Assembly (NCBI GenBank): GCA_964016885.1
Contig: OZ024749.1
Location: forward strand, 42,470,001-42,534,000
Direction of reading: 5' to 3'
Origin: Eledone cirrhosa
Taxonomy: Eukaryota
Length of the DNA stretch: 64,000 bases
Numbering within the stretch: the stretch's first letter is position 1; each line of letters opens with the position of its first letter. Positions 16,275 through 29,592 of the stretch are shown here, in pieces. Both the position numbers and the translations under genes were made by a program. The notes under the pieces are model-generated. The model made no database searches, was not told the origin of the DNA, and saw only the letters and a program-made list of their open reading frames with translations.

Positions 16275-16599
16275 CACATTCACAAAGAGCCACAGACAGA
16301 AACATATATAAAAACATGTTTTATTCTATACAACATACTTTCTTCTTTAAGTACGAAGTCTTCCCACAGTGTGATCTTTATGTGTCTCCTAGCAATTAAT
16401 AAAATAAACCAATAGTCGACATATTTAGCAACAGGCCAATGTAGATAACGAACTAACACTATTTAATTCAATCAACGAGATAACCTTCTATGTGGTCTCT
16501 CCCCTCAGGCCGCAAGAAATTGCACTCAAATCTCTCTCAAATCACATATTACCGTCTTTAAAAAGGAAGGTTATATTATATAATGTTCATTCAGATATA

Positions 16600-16678
16600 T
16601 TGGGTCATCAAGTATGAAAGTTGTAGAAATTTGTTTTTTTTCCACACATTTCTACAAATTTCATACTTGACGATCCAA
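16600..16678. mobile_element. ~80-bp palindromic mariner-type MITE (copy 2)
   Basis: TA-TTGGGTCATCAAGTATGAAAGTTGTAGAAAT...ATTTCTACAAATTTCATACTTGACGATCCAA-TA. Confidence 0.8.
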
Positions 16679-17108
16679 TAGCATTCCTAAAAAAAAGAAG
16701 ACGAGATAGTCAAAGTTAGAATATCTTTGATCTTCTCGACTGAGTCTTGACATGAGTTAAACAACAGCAGCAGCTGCAACAACGACGACAGCAGAAATAA
16801 CAACAGCCCAAGCAACATCAACAACAGCAATAACAGCAGCAATAGCAACATCATCAACAACAGCAACAACAGCAACAATCACAAAGACGTGATGCTACTA
16901 TCCATGAAACATATTTATTTGATCATACGGTCTCACTTGTCTCTCTCAGGGTGGACTTCTGGCTCAAAAGACAACAGCGACGGCGACAACAACAACAACA
17001 AAGAGAAAACTATAAACTATAATAGTAGCAGTAAACAAAGAGCACCACCAACAACGGCAGCAGCAAGTATAGCAATAACAGCAACAACAACAGAAATAGA
17101 AGCAGCAG

Positions 17109-17193
17109 ATTTGAACTCAGAACATAAAGGGCCGTAACTCTATGCTGCAAAGCATGGTGTCCGACACTCTACTGATTCTGCCAACCCCCCTGC
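17109..17193 (-). mobile_element. SINE S1 5' half
   Basis: Reverse complement of the tRNA-like head with B box. Confidence 0.7.
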
Positions 17194-17849
17194 CCTTTTA
17201 CGTGTAATATAATAAAAAGAAAGTTCAACAGCATCCGTGGTATTCAGCTGGTGTTGTTGACCTTAACATATTCATGACGAGAAAAGGTTTCAGAAATTGA
17301 TTTCATTTTATCCACCATTTGTTTATCTCTTTCACACAATACCTTTAAACTAATCGAAGTTATATTGACAACACCTACTTGTCTTTCTTGACAGTTGAAA
17401 TTCTGTCATTTGGCTGGCTGGTTGGCTAAAATGTTTAGAGTCCAAGTTAGTTGAGTTGATCAAATGGTATTTAAAACGTGACAACGCGGTGGAGCGGTTT
17501 AACCAAAAGCTATCATTGTCTTGGGCAAGTATTCAAGTCACGTCTCTTTACCTGTGAGTAAAGGTAGGAAAATAAATATCAGAATTGTTAGATGAATGCT
17601 TTGTGGTATTTGTTTCAGCTGTCGGCACTCTGAGTTCGAATCTCTGTGAGGTCAATTTTGACTTTTCATCTTTTTGAGGTCGATAAATAAAATACCACTC
17701 CAGTACTAAGGGTGATACTTCTATATCACTTTCTATATTTCTTTCTTTCTCTCTCTCTTTCTTTCAATCTTTCTTTCTTACTTTCTTTCTTTCTTTCTTT
17801 CTTTCTTTCTGTCTTTCTTTCTACATATATGTAGTTTGTGTTCTTCGCC

Positions 17850-17897
<48 letters not shown>

Positions 17898-17937
17898 ACC
17901 CATATCTACCAATCTATCTATGTCTGTCTATCGGTCT

Positions 17938-18010
<73 letters not shown>

Positions 18011-18099
18011 GTAAATTATGTGAGTTGTTGATACAACTGTATAAGGCATTCATATATTTAAAGCGGAAATGTAATTTCGCCCACACACACACACACACA

Positions 18100-18169
<70 letters not shown>

Positions 18170-18366
18170 TGTGTATGAGCGCGCGTGTGTATAAGTACGG
18201 AAAGTATATAGAATTTTAGTTTCCGTATATACAAATAGGAAAAGAAAATGGCAGACATAGCTCGCTTTTGTTTTAAGTATTTCTATAAGGTCTTCTTTAT
18301 CTTCTAACGAAATAATCCACCATATGAACATTAATTAGACATTAGTTAGGGCGATGAATTGGCAAT

Positions 18367-18555
18367 GGCGGTGAATTGGCAGTATCGGTAGAGGGTTGGA
18401 CGCCATGCTTTCTAGCGTAGTTACGTCTCTTTACGGTCGGAGTTCAAATCTCGCCGAGGTTAACTTTGCCTTCCACCATTACGGGGTCGATAAAATAAGG
18501 TAGCAGTAATGTACTGAAGTAATTGCTGGCCTTGTGCCAAAACTAGAAACAATTA
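18367..18555 (+). mobile_element. SINE S1 full copy
   Basis: GGCGGTGAATTGGCAGTATCGGTAGAG head through to AGAAACAATT tail. Confidence 0.85.
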
Positions 18556-18605
18556 ATTAGACAGTTCAAACTATCATAATTGATGAATTGACACACATTT
18601 GTCCA

Positions 18606-18641
<36 letters not shown>

Positions 18642-18650
18642 TAGACAGTT

Positions 18651-18825
18651 GGGGTCTGACGGCTGAGCTTTTGTCGTTTCGTCAGAAAATTCCAGAGTCT
18701 TGAATTCCCTGTTTAAACGGCAAAAGCTCAACCGTCGGGTCCCGATTCTCTAATATATCTACACTCTACTATCCCAAGTAACGAGTACTCTGCTGAGATA
18801 AAGGTCTTACTAGTTTAAAACTGGT
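18651..18825. repeat. Dispersed repeat family R1 (GTAGAGTGGGTAAT / GACGGCTGAGCTC motifs), with internal hairpin
   Basis: Related sequence at 25070-25165, 26165-26287, 34104-34172, 47885-48008 and 61550-61640, usually next to (TA)n. Confidence 0.65.
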
Positions 18826-18835
18826 ATAATCCTGA

Positions 18836-19745
<910 letters not shown>

Positions 19746-19932
19746 TAAGTAAAATATATAATTGTAAGTATGGTTGTTGCTAGGATAGCCTCAGTTGATA
19801 TGTTTTCCAATCACCATATTTAGAATTCAAGCCTCTACTTCTACACACATGAACGCACACATACATACGCTCCAATTCACACATGTATATATATATTTAT
19901 ACAACAAAATTGTTTTAATAATAATAATTGTT

Positions 19933-19989
<57 letters not shown>

Positions 19990-19992
19990 TTA

Positions 19993-22233
19993 CACCAGAT
20001 GGTGTGCAGGGGTATTGGATTAAACATTTAACATCCCTCCAACCGAAGCTGACGGCCATGTTCAATGACTGCTTGGTGTCGGGTGAGGTGCCAGAGTGGT
20101 TGACAAAAGGTACCACAGTTCTGATAATGAAAGACCGAATCAAGGGTAATGATGTTACCAACTATAGACCTATCACATGTCTGCCCGTAATGTGGAAACT
20201 GTTGACGAGCATTGTGTCTGAGGAAATCTACCATCACCTCCACACAAACAACTTGTTGCCGGACGAACAGAAAGGATGCCGAAAGAAGTCACGTGGTACA
20301 AAGGACCAGTTGCTTATTGATAAGATGGTAATGGGGAATTGCAGGAGGAGACACACTGATCTTGCCATGGGATGGATAGACTACAGAAAGGCATTTGACA
20401 TGGTGCCTCATTCCTGGATCACCAAAAGCCTGGAGATCTTCAGGGTGGCAGATAACATCAGACAGTTGCTGGGCAGGAGTATGGGGTCCTGGGAGACAGA
20501 GTTGACATCAACTGGAGTATCCTTGGGAAGCGTGAAGATCAAGAGAGGTATCTTCCAGGGAGATAGCCTGTCCCCTCTGTTGTTTGTCCTTGCCCTGATG
20601 CCCTTGACCATTATGCTGCGAAAAGTGAGAGCAGGATACAAGTTGGGAAGGGGAGAGCTTACCATCAATCACCTCCTCTTCATGGACGATCTTAAGCTCT
20701 TCGGGAAAAGTGAGAAGGAGTTGGATGTGCTTGTTGACACTGTCCGTATTTTCAGCAGTGATATATGTATGCAGTTTGGTATTGGTAAATGTGGAGTCAT
20801 TGTGATGAGGAGGGGTAGGTTGAGCAGAAGTAACGGGATCCAGATACCAACAGGTGAGATGATAAAGGAAATTGACTCTGAGGAAGGATACAAGTATTTG
20901 GGCGTTCTGGAGGCTGATGGCATAAAGAACAAAAAAATGAAGGAATTGTTAAGAACTGAATACATTCGGAGAGTAAGGAGCGTATTGAAGTCACATCTGA
21001 ACAGCAGAAATGCCATAAGCGCAGTAAATTCCCGAGCTGTGTCTATTATTAGGTACAGTGCGGGAATTCTGAGATGGAATGTTGCTGAACAAAAAGAAAT
21101 GGATAGGAAGACTAGGAAGCTATTGACTATCTACAACATGTTCCACAAGAGGAGTGATGTCGATAGACTCTACCTAAGGAGATCTGAGGGTGGAAGAGGT
21201 CTTATCAGCATAGAGGACTGTGTTCAGATGGAGAAAAACAACCTATACAAATACGTGACCTATAGTAAGGAGCCAATGCTCAGAGCTGTACTGAAGGAGG
21301 GGACAGTAGGCCAGGGGATACCCAAGGAGGAAATAACATCAAGGAGGAAGAGCAGCCTTAAGGGAAAATCCCTTCATAGTACCTTCTTTGAGAAAACTGA
21401 ATTTAGAGATCCACAGACATGGAACTGGTTGAGAAGAGGAGACCTCAAAAAGGCTACAGAAGGAATGCTAATGGCTGCGCAGGAGCAGGCCCTCAAAACG
21501 AAGTGGTTGAAGCACCATATCTACAAGGAGGAGGCTAGCCCACTGTGCAGGATCTGTGGAGAGAGAGAGGAGACTGTGGCTCACATTGTGTCCGAGTGTA
21601 AACACCTAGCCCAGACCCACTATAAGGGCTGGAGACACGATGTGATGGGCAGGGTGATCCACTGGCACCTGTGCAAAGTAAACAATCTACCACATTCTGA
21701 GAAATGGTATGAGCATAGGCCAGAGGCGGTGATGGAGAACAGTCAGGTGAAGGTGCTGTGGGATTTTAGGATACAGACGGACAAAAAACTGGAACACAAT
21801 AGACCTGACCTGGTGGTTGTGGACAAAGAAAAAAGATCGTGCCTGATTGTGGATGTGGCCTGCCCGTTCGATACGAGAGTGCAAGAGAAGGAGAGGGAGA
21901 AAATTAACCGATACCAGGACCTAAAGTGGGAGGTGAAAAGGATTTGGAACTGCCATGAAGTCAAAGTGATCCCGATTGTCATAGGCGCACTGGGGACTAT
22001 CTCCAAAGGTTTCCAGGGATGGTTAAAGAAAATCGGCCCCTTCACGCTTTTTGGAACGCTTCAAAAGGCATGCTTGCTTGGAACGGCAAGAACCCTCCGA
22101 TACGTCCTGAATATCTGAGGCTGCAGGTAGTGGCTTGATATTCAATCCAACGGACTTTCCAGTTAACCAACATCAATGACTGAGATTCAAGGAATAACAA
22201 TAACAATAATAATAATAATAATAATAATAATAA
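19993..22233 (+). mobile_element. R4/Dong-like LINE copy 1, inserted in (TAA)n
   Basis: Preceded by (AAT)n at ~19936-19990. A ~75-bp 3' UTR is followed by (AAC/AAT)n at 22193-22233. Confidence 0.88.
20004..22118 (+). CDS. Reverse transcriptase + CCHC zinc finger + restriction-like endonuclease of a 5'-truncated R4/Dong-type non-LTR retrotransposon
   Basis: Uninterrupted 704-codon frame with NYRPITCL, QGDSLSPLLF, HLLFMDDLKL, YKYLG, CRICGEREETVAHIVSEC, RHD and RPD..D..E..K..Y (RLE) motifs. The frame begins mid-protein (PDGVQGYW). Confidence 0.93.
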   Translation: MQGYWIKHLTSLQPKLTAMFNDCLVSGEVPEWLTKGTTVLIMKDRIKGNDVTNYRPITCLPVMWKLLTSIVSEEIYHHLHTNNLLPDEQKGCRKKSRGTKDQLLIDKMVMGNCRRRHTDLAMGWIDYRKAFDMVPHSWITKSLEIFRVADNIRQLLGRSMGSWETELTSTGVSLGSVKIKRGIFQGDSLSPLLFVLALMPLTIMLRKVRAGYKLGRGELTINHLLFMDDLKLFGKSEKELDVLVDTVRIFSSDICMQFGIGKCGVIVMRRGRLSRSNGIQIPTGEMIKEIDSEEGYKYLGVLEADGIKNKKMKELLRTEYIRRVRSVLKSHLNSRNAISAVNSRAVSIIRYSAGILRWNVAEQKEMDRKTRKLLTIYNMFHKRSDVDRLYLRRSEGGRGLISIEDCVQMEKNNLYKYVTYSKEPMLRAVLKEGTVGQGIPKEEITSRRKSSLKGKSLHSTFFEKTEFRDPQTWNWLRRGDLKKATEGMLMAAQEQALKTKWLKHHIYKEEASPLCRICGEREETVAHIVSECKHLAQTHYKGWRHDVMGRVIHWHLCKVNNLPHSEKWYEHRPEAVMENSQVKVLWDFRIQTDKKLEHNRPDLVVVDKEKRSCLIVDVACPFDTRVQEKEREKINRYQDLKWEVKRIWNCHEVKVIPIVIGALGTISKGFQGWLKKIGPFTLFGTLQKACLLGTARTLRYVLNI

Positions 22234-23202
22234 GGTAAAAGTAACTGCAAAGAAAGAACTGCTACAGAAACTGGCTGAGAAATGGCAAGAAAAGCCTCTG
22301 TATGGAAAATACCCAGAGCGAGCTAACAATCCTGATGTTGACAAAACTTTAACCCATCAGTGGTTGGCATCCTCTGGACTGAAATCGGAGACTGAAGGAC
22401 TGATTATATCGGCACAAGATCAGTGTCTGCCAACAAAAAATTACCAAGCCAACATAATAAAAAATGGGTGCAGCCCATTATGCCGTGTATGCAAAAAACA
22501 ACCAGAGACCATTGACCATATAATTTCAATGTGCAGTCCTATAGCTCCAACCGAATATCTAAACAGGCATGACAGAGCTGCACAATACATACATTGGATA
22601 ATGTGTAAGCATTTTGACCTGCCCCATCAAAAGAATTGGTGGGAGCATCAACCACCTCCCATACTTGAAAAAGATCACATCTCAATCTTGTGAAACTTTA
22701 GCATCCAAACAGACCGAAAAATAGATGCAAATAGACCTGATATAATATTGAAGGACCTTCAAAGGAGGGTATGCCTGCTAATTGATATGTCTGTTCCAAT
22801 AGACAAGAATGTATCTATAAAAACATTTGAAAAATTGAGCAAGTATAAGGACCTGGAGATAGAAATTGGAAAAATGTGGAAATTGAGAACTAAAACAATA
22901 CCAGTGGTTGTAGGCGCTCTGGGAATGATACCTAAGGGGTCTAACGACTACTTATCGCAAATCCCAGGAAACCCGCGTATAGGAGAAATACAAAAGATAG
23001 TACTAATGGGAACTGCCCATATACTAAGGAAGATCCTGTCAATATAAGTACATCACAAGTCTAAACACTAAGGATGCATGTGTGAATATGTATGTTCTTT
23101 CTTGAACTTGGCGGACCTTGTTGTCTCTTGAGGTCACTGGTTGTGACTTGGTGATAACTCGTATAAACATAAAGCAAGATAAATGCAAATAATAATAATA
23201 AT

Positions 23203-23208
<6 letters not shown>
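22234..23208 (+). mobile_element. R4/Dong-like LINE copy 2 (different subfamily; 3' ~1 kb: zinc finger + RLE, one in-frame stop at 22691)
   Basis: KPLYGKY, WLASSGLKSETEGLIISAQDQ, CRVCKKQPETIDHIISMC, RHD, RPDII, EKLSKYKDL, VVGALG; stop at 23047, then 3' UTR and (AAT)n tail. Confidence 0.88.
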
Positions 23209-23261
<53 letters not shown>

Positions 23262-24084
23262 GATTAAAGTTTATGTATATATATATATATGTATATCTGC
23301 ATGCATATACTGCTTATATTTCGATAAAACCCCCTAAATCCTCTAATCCATTAATTCATTATACAGCCATTAAGTAGACAGCTCCATGTACTTTAATGAG
23401 CCAAACGAAACTAGATAAAGAAACATTCCATGGTTCAACCCACTTTTTATCCTGAATGTAGGAAAAGATACGTCAAAATGTCTTCCCAAGTCTAATCTTT
23501 ACGGATTTCCTAACCGAATATTGATAGCACAAACTATTCACTCGAAATAACATAAAGGTTATCTTCTCTACTCATGAAGAAATTTCCTATTGATCATAGA
23601 TATCACAAGCCATTCAATTGGACTAACATAGAAGTTAGCTACAGTTGCACAATGACAAAGACAAACTCACAATGACAAACTCACTGCTCACTACCAAAGG
23701 TAAATACAACTGTAACGGATTGAAACTACACTCCTAAAGAGAAATTGACCCAAAGAAATAATCTACAAGACGAAAATATTGAAAGACAGTATATTGACAA
23801 AAGCCCGGAGTAACAGGTGGAACGTTCAAAGCTAGATACACACAGCAAAGCTGGCAACAACCTTTCATCATTTCGAAGTCGATAAATAAAGTAACAGTTA
23901 CAGTATTAGCGTTCATTCTCCAACTCCCCTCTCACCCCCCTCTCTCTGTCTCTCTCATTCTTTGAAAGAAATTGGTTGTGTTCAGACTTGGAGAGTGATG
24001 GGCTCCGTCAGTTTGAACTGTTCAAAACAGTGACCCTATAACTTCATTGGAAATTCAGTGCTTTCTAAATAAACATCTGTATCG

Positions 24085-24145
<61 letters not shown>

Positions 24146-24205
24146 GCGCACACGCACACATCTATCTATCTATCTATCTATCTCTCTCTCTATATATATA
24201 TTATA

Positions 24206-24295
24206 TAGTGGGTGTCCACCAAAAAATATATACATACTTTGATTACCTGTACAGGCAACATTTATTCGAATGGTGTATACATTTTTTGGGACACC

Positions 24296-24298
<3 letters not shown>
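24206..24298. mobile_element. Small Tc1-like MITE
   Basis: Imperfect TIRs GGGTGTCC..AAAAAATATATAC / GTATACATTTTTTGGGACACCCTG-TA within a TA tract. Confidence 0.6.
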
Positions 24299-24332
<34 letters not shown>

Positions 24333-24334
<2 letters not shown>

Positions 24335-24521
24335 ATTGTTTCTACTTTAGGCACAAGGCCAGCAATTACCCAGTGCATTACTGGTACTTTTATTTTATCG
24401 ACCCCGTAAGGATGAAAGGCAAAGTCAACCTCGGCGGGATTTGAACTCAGATCGTAAAGGGACGTAACTATGCTGGAAAGCATGGCGTCCGACCCTCCAC
24501 CGATACTGCCAGTCCACTGCC
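24333..24521 (-). mobile_element. SINE S1 full copy
   Basis: Reverse complement nearly identical to 8307-8490. Confidence 0.88.
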
Positions 24522-24938
24522 CTGATATACATGTGTAGATATATGTACATAATACACACATATATTCCCTCCCAAATACTAGTAACAGACAGCCACCTAA
24601 TTAGCCAGTCAATCAAGTGTACAACACATCGATGAGAATCAATGAAATAAAACAAGGGCTATAACAAAAGAAAATCGCCCATCCCTCATTCACACACACA
24701 AACACACACACACACACGTAAACACACACACAAACGCAAACATACAAATATAGACATACATGAACATCTGCATTTAAGGAGAATTTATGCAATTCATAGT
24801 ATTTGAAACAATAAACTCAATGACAATAGTCATTAAAATTTAGCATGAGAACATTTTGGTTCCTAGAAACCTAATTTAACCTTGGACATATTACGAAGGT
24901 ACATACATATGCGCATATATATATATACATACACATAC

Positions 24939-25034
<96 letters not shown>

Positions 25035-25167
25035 ACATATATGTGTGTGTGTATATATATATATGAAAAGATTCAGGACCTGAATCTTCTCATATTTCCC
25101 ACTCTATTACCCCAAGTATCGAGCACTCTGGTGGGTTATAGTCTAACTGGTTTTTTACCACACCCTA

Positions 25168-25206
<39 letters not shown>

Positions 25207-25475
25207 GGTACCTTGCAAAACAATGTCTTAAAGTGCTCATAGAGCATTTGGTGAGAAATATGTCACATGTGAGGTAAACACCCTTTCTTTAATGAAGCTT
25301 ATAGTTTACCTTACAAGGGTAAACTTCTTTAACCTTCCATACACTCACCTGCACACACACACACACAAATATATGTTACATTGAAAACTTATGCCTTCCA
25401 GTTGAAATATTTTAATTAAGCATCTTTATACATTTCTCCATACATCTCTCCCCCTCTCCCCTCCTCTCCCCCCCC

Positions 25476-25507
<32 letters not shown>

Positions 25508-25771
25508 GAAAAAAAGCAAACAGAAATATACGCTAGTATATATATAGAATGTTAAGCAAAACAAGACCACAAATTTCCCAAGGAAGACATTATTTAAAGA
25601 TTGTCAACATAGTTGTAGTTTAATGTAAGGAATGTAAATAATAATAATAATAATTGTTTCTACTTTTGGAACAAGGCCAGCAATTACCCAGTGTATTACT
25701 GGTACTTTATTTTATCGACCTCATAAGGATCAAAGGCAAAGTTAATAATAATAATAATACTAATAATGTCC

Positions 25772-25863
25772 GTTTACAATTGTTTCGCTACTCCATACAA
25801 TGTTTCTGGATCAAATGATTATAGATCATTATTGATCTGGTTCAGTGAGCAGTTCATCGGAAC
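25772..25863 (-). ncRNA. Degenerate hammerhead-like motif with long stem II (possibly nested)
   Basis: Minus strand: GTT CCGATGA ACTGCT...AGTAGC GAAA CAATTG TA AAC. The core has C in place of U. Confidence 0.4.
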
Positions 25864-26071
25864 TTCAAAAGGAATATAAATTAAGGTAAAGAAAGATGGT
25901 TACATGAATGTAATGTTCCATATATTGGTATTTCACTATGGCGTCCTGGGTCAATCTATTGTCTGCCATAAGCGAGCAATATTCTTCTGTCGAGGCTGCA
26001 TTATGCGAGATTTGCCTATGGGTAACAAGATGGCCGCTCCATCTCTCTCTTTAAGATTGGTTACTCTTGAA

Positions 26072-26151
<80 letters not shown>

Positions 26152-26777
26152 TGATGGAGTGATGGAGGCGGTAAAAGCCAGTTAGACCATTACTCACCAG
26201 AATACTCGATTCTTGGGCTAGTAGAGTGGGTAATAGGCAAAATTCGGGACACCGACAGCTGAGCTCCTGCCGTTTCAACAGCTAGTTCGGATCTATATCT
26301 ATATCTATCTATCTCTCTCTCTCTATACCAGCCTGTAGGTTGAGGAAAAGGAGGAGGAGAGGAAAGGAGTACAAGCTCTTCGTACTCCTGGAGATGAGGG
26401 TTGCACATTTTTTTCGGGGGTCTGTGTTACCCATATAAACTGTCTCCCTCTATTGGGGAAAATCGACTAACTTTTAAATTCCATCTGTGATAACATTTTA
26501 CACGTTTTTATTGTATGTAAACTTCCCCCTTTGTATTTGTCCCCTTCTTTTGTGCCCCTGTGGCTAATAAAGAAATATATCTATCTCTCTCTCTATATAT
26601 ATAGGGAGAGATTCTGCTAACGTTGCGTCTTTTACGTCGTATTCTATCTTGAATATTAGTTTTGCTAATTTTCGAAGTGAATTTTTGATGGCCATTTAAA
26701 GAATTAGCCCAATATTTGAACTGAAGGAGAAAGTCTGGAGGCTGAAAAATGTCTGCCTGTGAACTGGGATATGTATG

Positions 26778-26866
<89 letters not shown>

Positions 26867-26916
26867 GCATATACACTTACATATGTATATATACATAAGT
26901 ATATAGATATATATTT

Positions 26917-26950
<34 letters not shown>

Positions 26951-27038
26951 CCATACACATACATACACATATGTATTTGTATATATATATTTGTACATAT
27001 ATGTATGTATACATACAAATCGTGTGTGTGTGTGTGTA

Positions 27039-27115
<77 letters not shown>

Positions 27116-27353
27116 TCGTGCAGAAATAAATTTATTTCTAATTGAAGGCTAGAATCGGCTTAAATTAAAATAAAAATTATATTAAACGACCTTTTAGCTT
27201 ACAGTTTTCTTCTCACGTGAAATTTAACCCTGAAGATTGGTAAAGAGAAAGAAAGAGAGAGTTGGAGATAAAGGATATATATATATATATATATGCTGGC
27301 GTGTGTATTTATACATATATATATATATGTATATATAATTATAATTATATATA

Positions 27354-27407
<54 letters not shown>

Positions 27408-27941
27408 AAATATTATTAAAAAGCAGAGAGAGAAGAAATATCTTAAGATGCATACGAAGTTTTAGAATCGGTTTAAAGTAAAATTAAATTAGATTAAATT
27501 ATTTCTTAGCATATAGTCATCTTCTCACGAATACAGACATTGACCCCCCCCCCCAACACACACACGCACACACACACACAGATATATATATATGTATATA
27601 CCACAAGCATCCACACACAAAGTTTCCGTCTACCTAAACTCTCTCTCACACAGAAATACGTTTAAATTTATGGTCACCAGGTAAATATTTTTCAATGCTT
27701 TAAAAAAGCTTATTTTTGCAATACAGATGCATACATCAACATTAAACGGGGGATTAAATCTCAGTATTTTAAGCTTGTTGTATTTTGTCAATGTGAAATA
27801 TTCTTACAAACTTTTACGTAAATCATTTAATCATTAAAGCTGCTACACCTTTCTACCATTTTTTATGATGGATGGAGATTCATTTGACAACATAACAACT
27901 CACAACGGTACCCTTAAGCTTCCATCAGGAAGTTAAGTATC

Positions 27942-28033
<92 letters not shown>

Positions 28034-28100
28034 TTTTTCCGTTCCTTTCTCTTCTCACTCTCCTCTGCCTTTCTATTTCTTCTTTAATTTCTCATTCTAC

Positions 28101-28136
28101 CTTCAGATGAAGAACTAGTTTCCGAAACGCTAAGAC
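28101..28136 (+). ncRNA. Degenerate minimal hammerhead remnant
   Basis: CTT CAGATGA AGAACTAGTTTCC GAAA CGC TA AGA; homologous to the motif at 35188-35223. Confidence 0.35.
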
Positions 28137-28220
28137 TCTTTTCTTACTATTTCAAGTGTTAAACTAATATATTTCTTCATTAAACTGTGTTGTTTGCTTT
28201 GTTATTTCCCTTCACTTTTT

Positions 28221-28355
<135 letters not shown>

Positions 28356-28506
28356 ATCAGTCCACAACAGTGACATTACAGAGATACTTAAGTTTCGTTG
28401 GGTTTAACACCAACCCATTCAGTCTGCCATATTGTGTAATGGAGTTACATAACAATATATTGTAATGGACTTATATAATTGTGTGTGAATGCGTGCATAT
28501 GAGTGA

Positions 28507-28547
<41 letters not shown>

Positions 28548-28829
28548 TGCATGTGTGTGTATATGTGTGAATGAAGATATACACACACGTTTATCCAGCT
28601 TATCCACTTATAAAGATTCTTGTTAGACAGGCGCCCAGCTATGCAGTTAATCAAGTGTATGGGACTGCAAGAACTAATGAATTAAAACAATGGTAAAACC
28701 AAAAGAATCATAGACGACCCCTTTATCATACGCACACCCACCCACACACACATAGACACACACACACACATGCACAGAGACACACATAGACACACATAGA
28801 CACACATAGACACACATAGACACACATAG

Positions 28830-28861
<32 letters not shown>

Positions 28862-28886
28862 ACATAGACACACATAGACACACATA

Positions 28887-28953
<67 letters not shown>

Positions 28954-29592
28954 ACACAGACACACAGACACACATAGATGTATATATAATCAAACATACG
29001 CATTTATATTTAATGAGAATCTTTGCAATTTTTTGCTATTTTACTATTTGAAACAATAACAAGCTGCTTCAAATGGTGATGATTCTCGTCGAGGACAGTT
29101 TGTTGTGAATAAACACCTTCAACCTTGAACACACACACGCATATACACACACATACACACATGCATACACACACACACACATATATATATATACATATAT
29201 ACACACAGGACACACCCATATATACACATGTATACACACACAAACTCACACGAACATACACACACCCTTACATATGTTGCGCAATCATTTTCAGCTGAAG
29301 GAACTTGAAATTCATCTCAAGTTACTTTAGTCCACTCATAAGAAAATGTTTATACACCAGCAGCTGCTGCTAGGAGATGGGGGAGTTAAACCCACGAGAG
29401 GCTGGCGTCCCACCCAGAGGAATAGTCTTCTACTGCTAGTCACTTAACGACAATGAAACGAGGATATTCTCTGTCCTGATGAGCTTCTGGGGTTCGAACA
29501 GACTTTAACCTTGCTTTCAATATATTAAATTCGAACTCACTGCCATATTTTAATCCAGAAAATACGCAGCGAATAGAAGGAGTCGCTGAAAA

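Noticed and set aside
22691-22693. In-frame TGA as recoding or selenocysteine
   Set aside because: It sits at a conserved Trp (cf. VLWDF in copy 1); a TGG>TGA mutation is simplest.
29471-29505. CTGATGA hammerhead-like core
   Set aside because: No GAAA, stem III or closing stem I; the context looks like a SINE 3' fragment.
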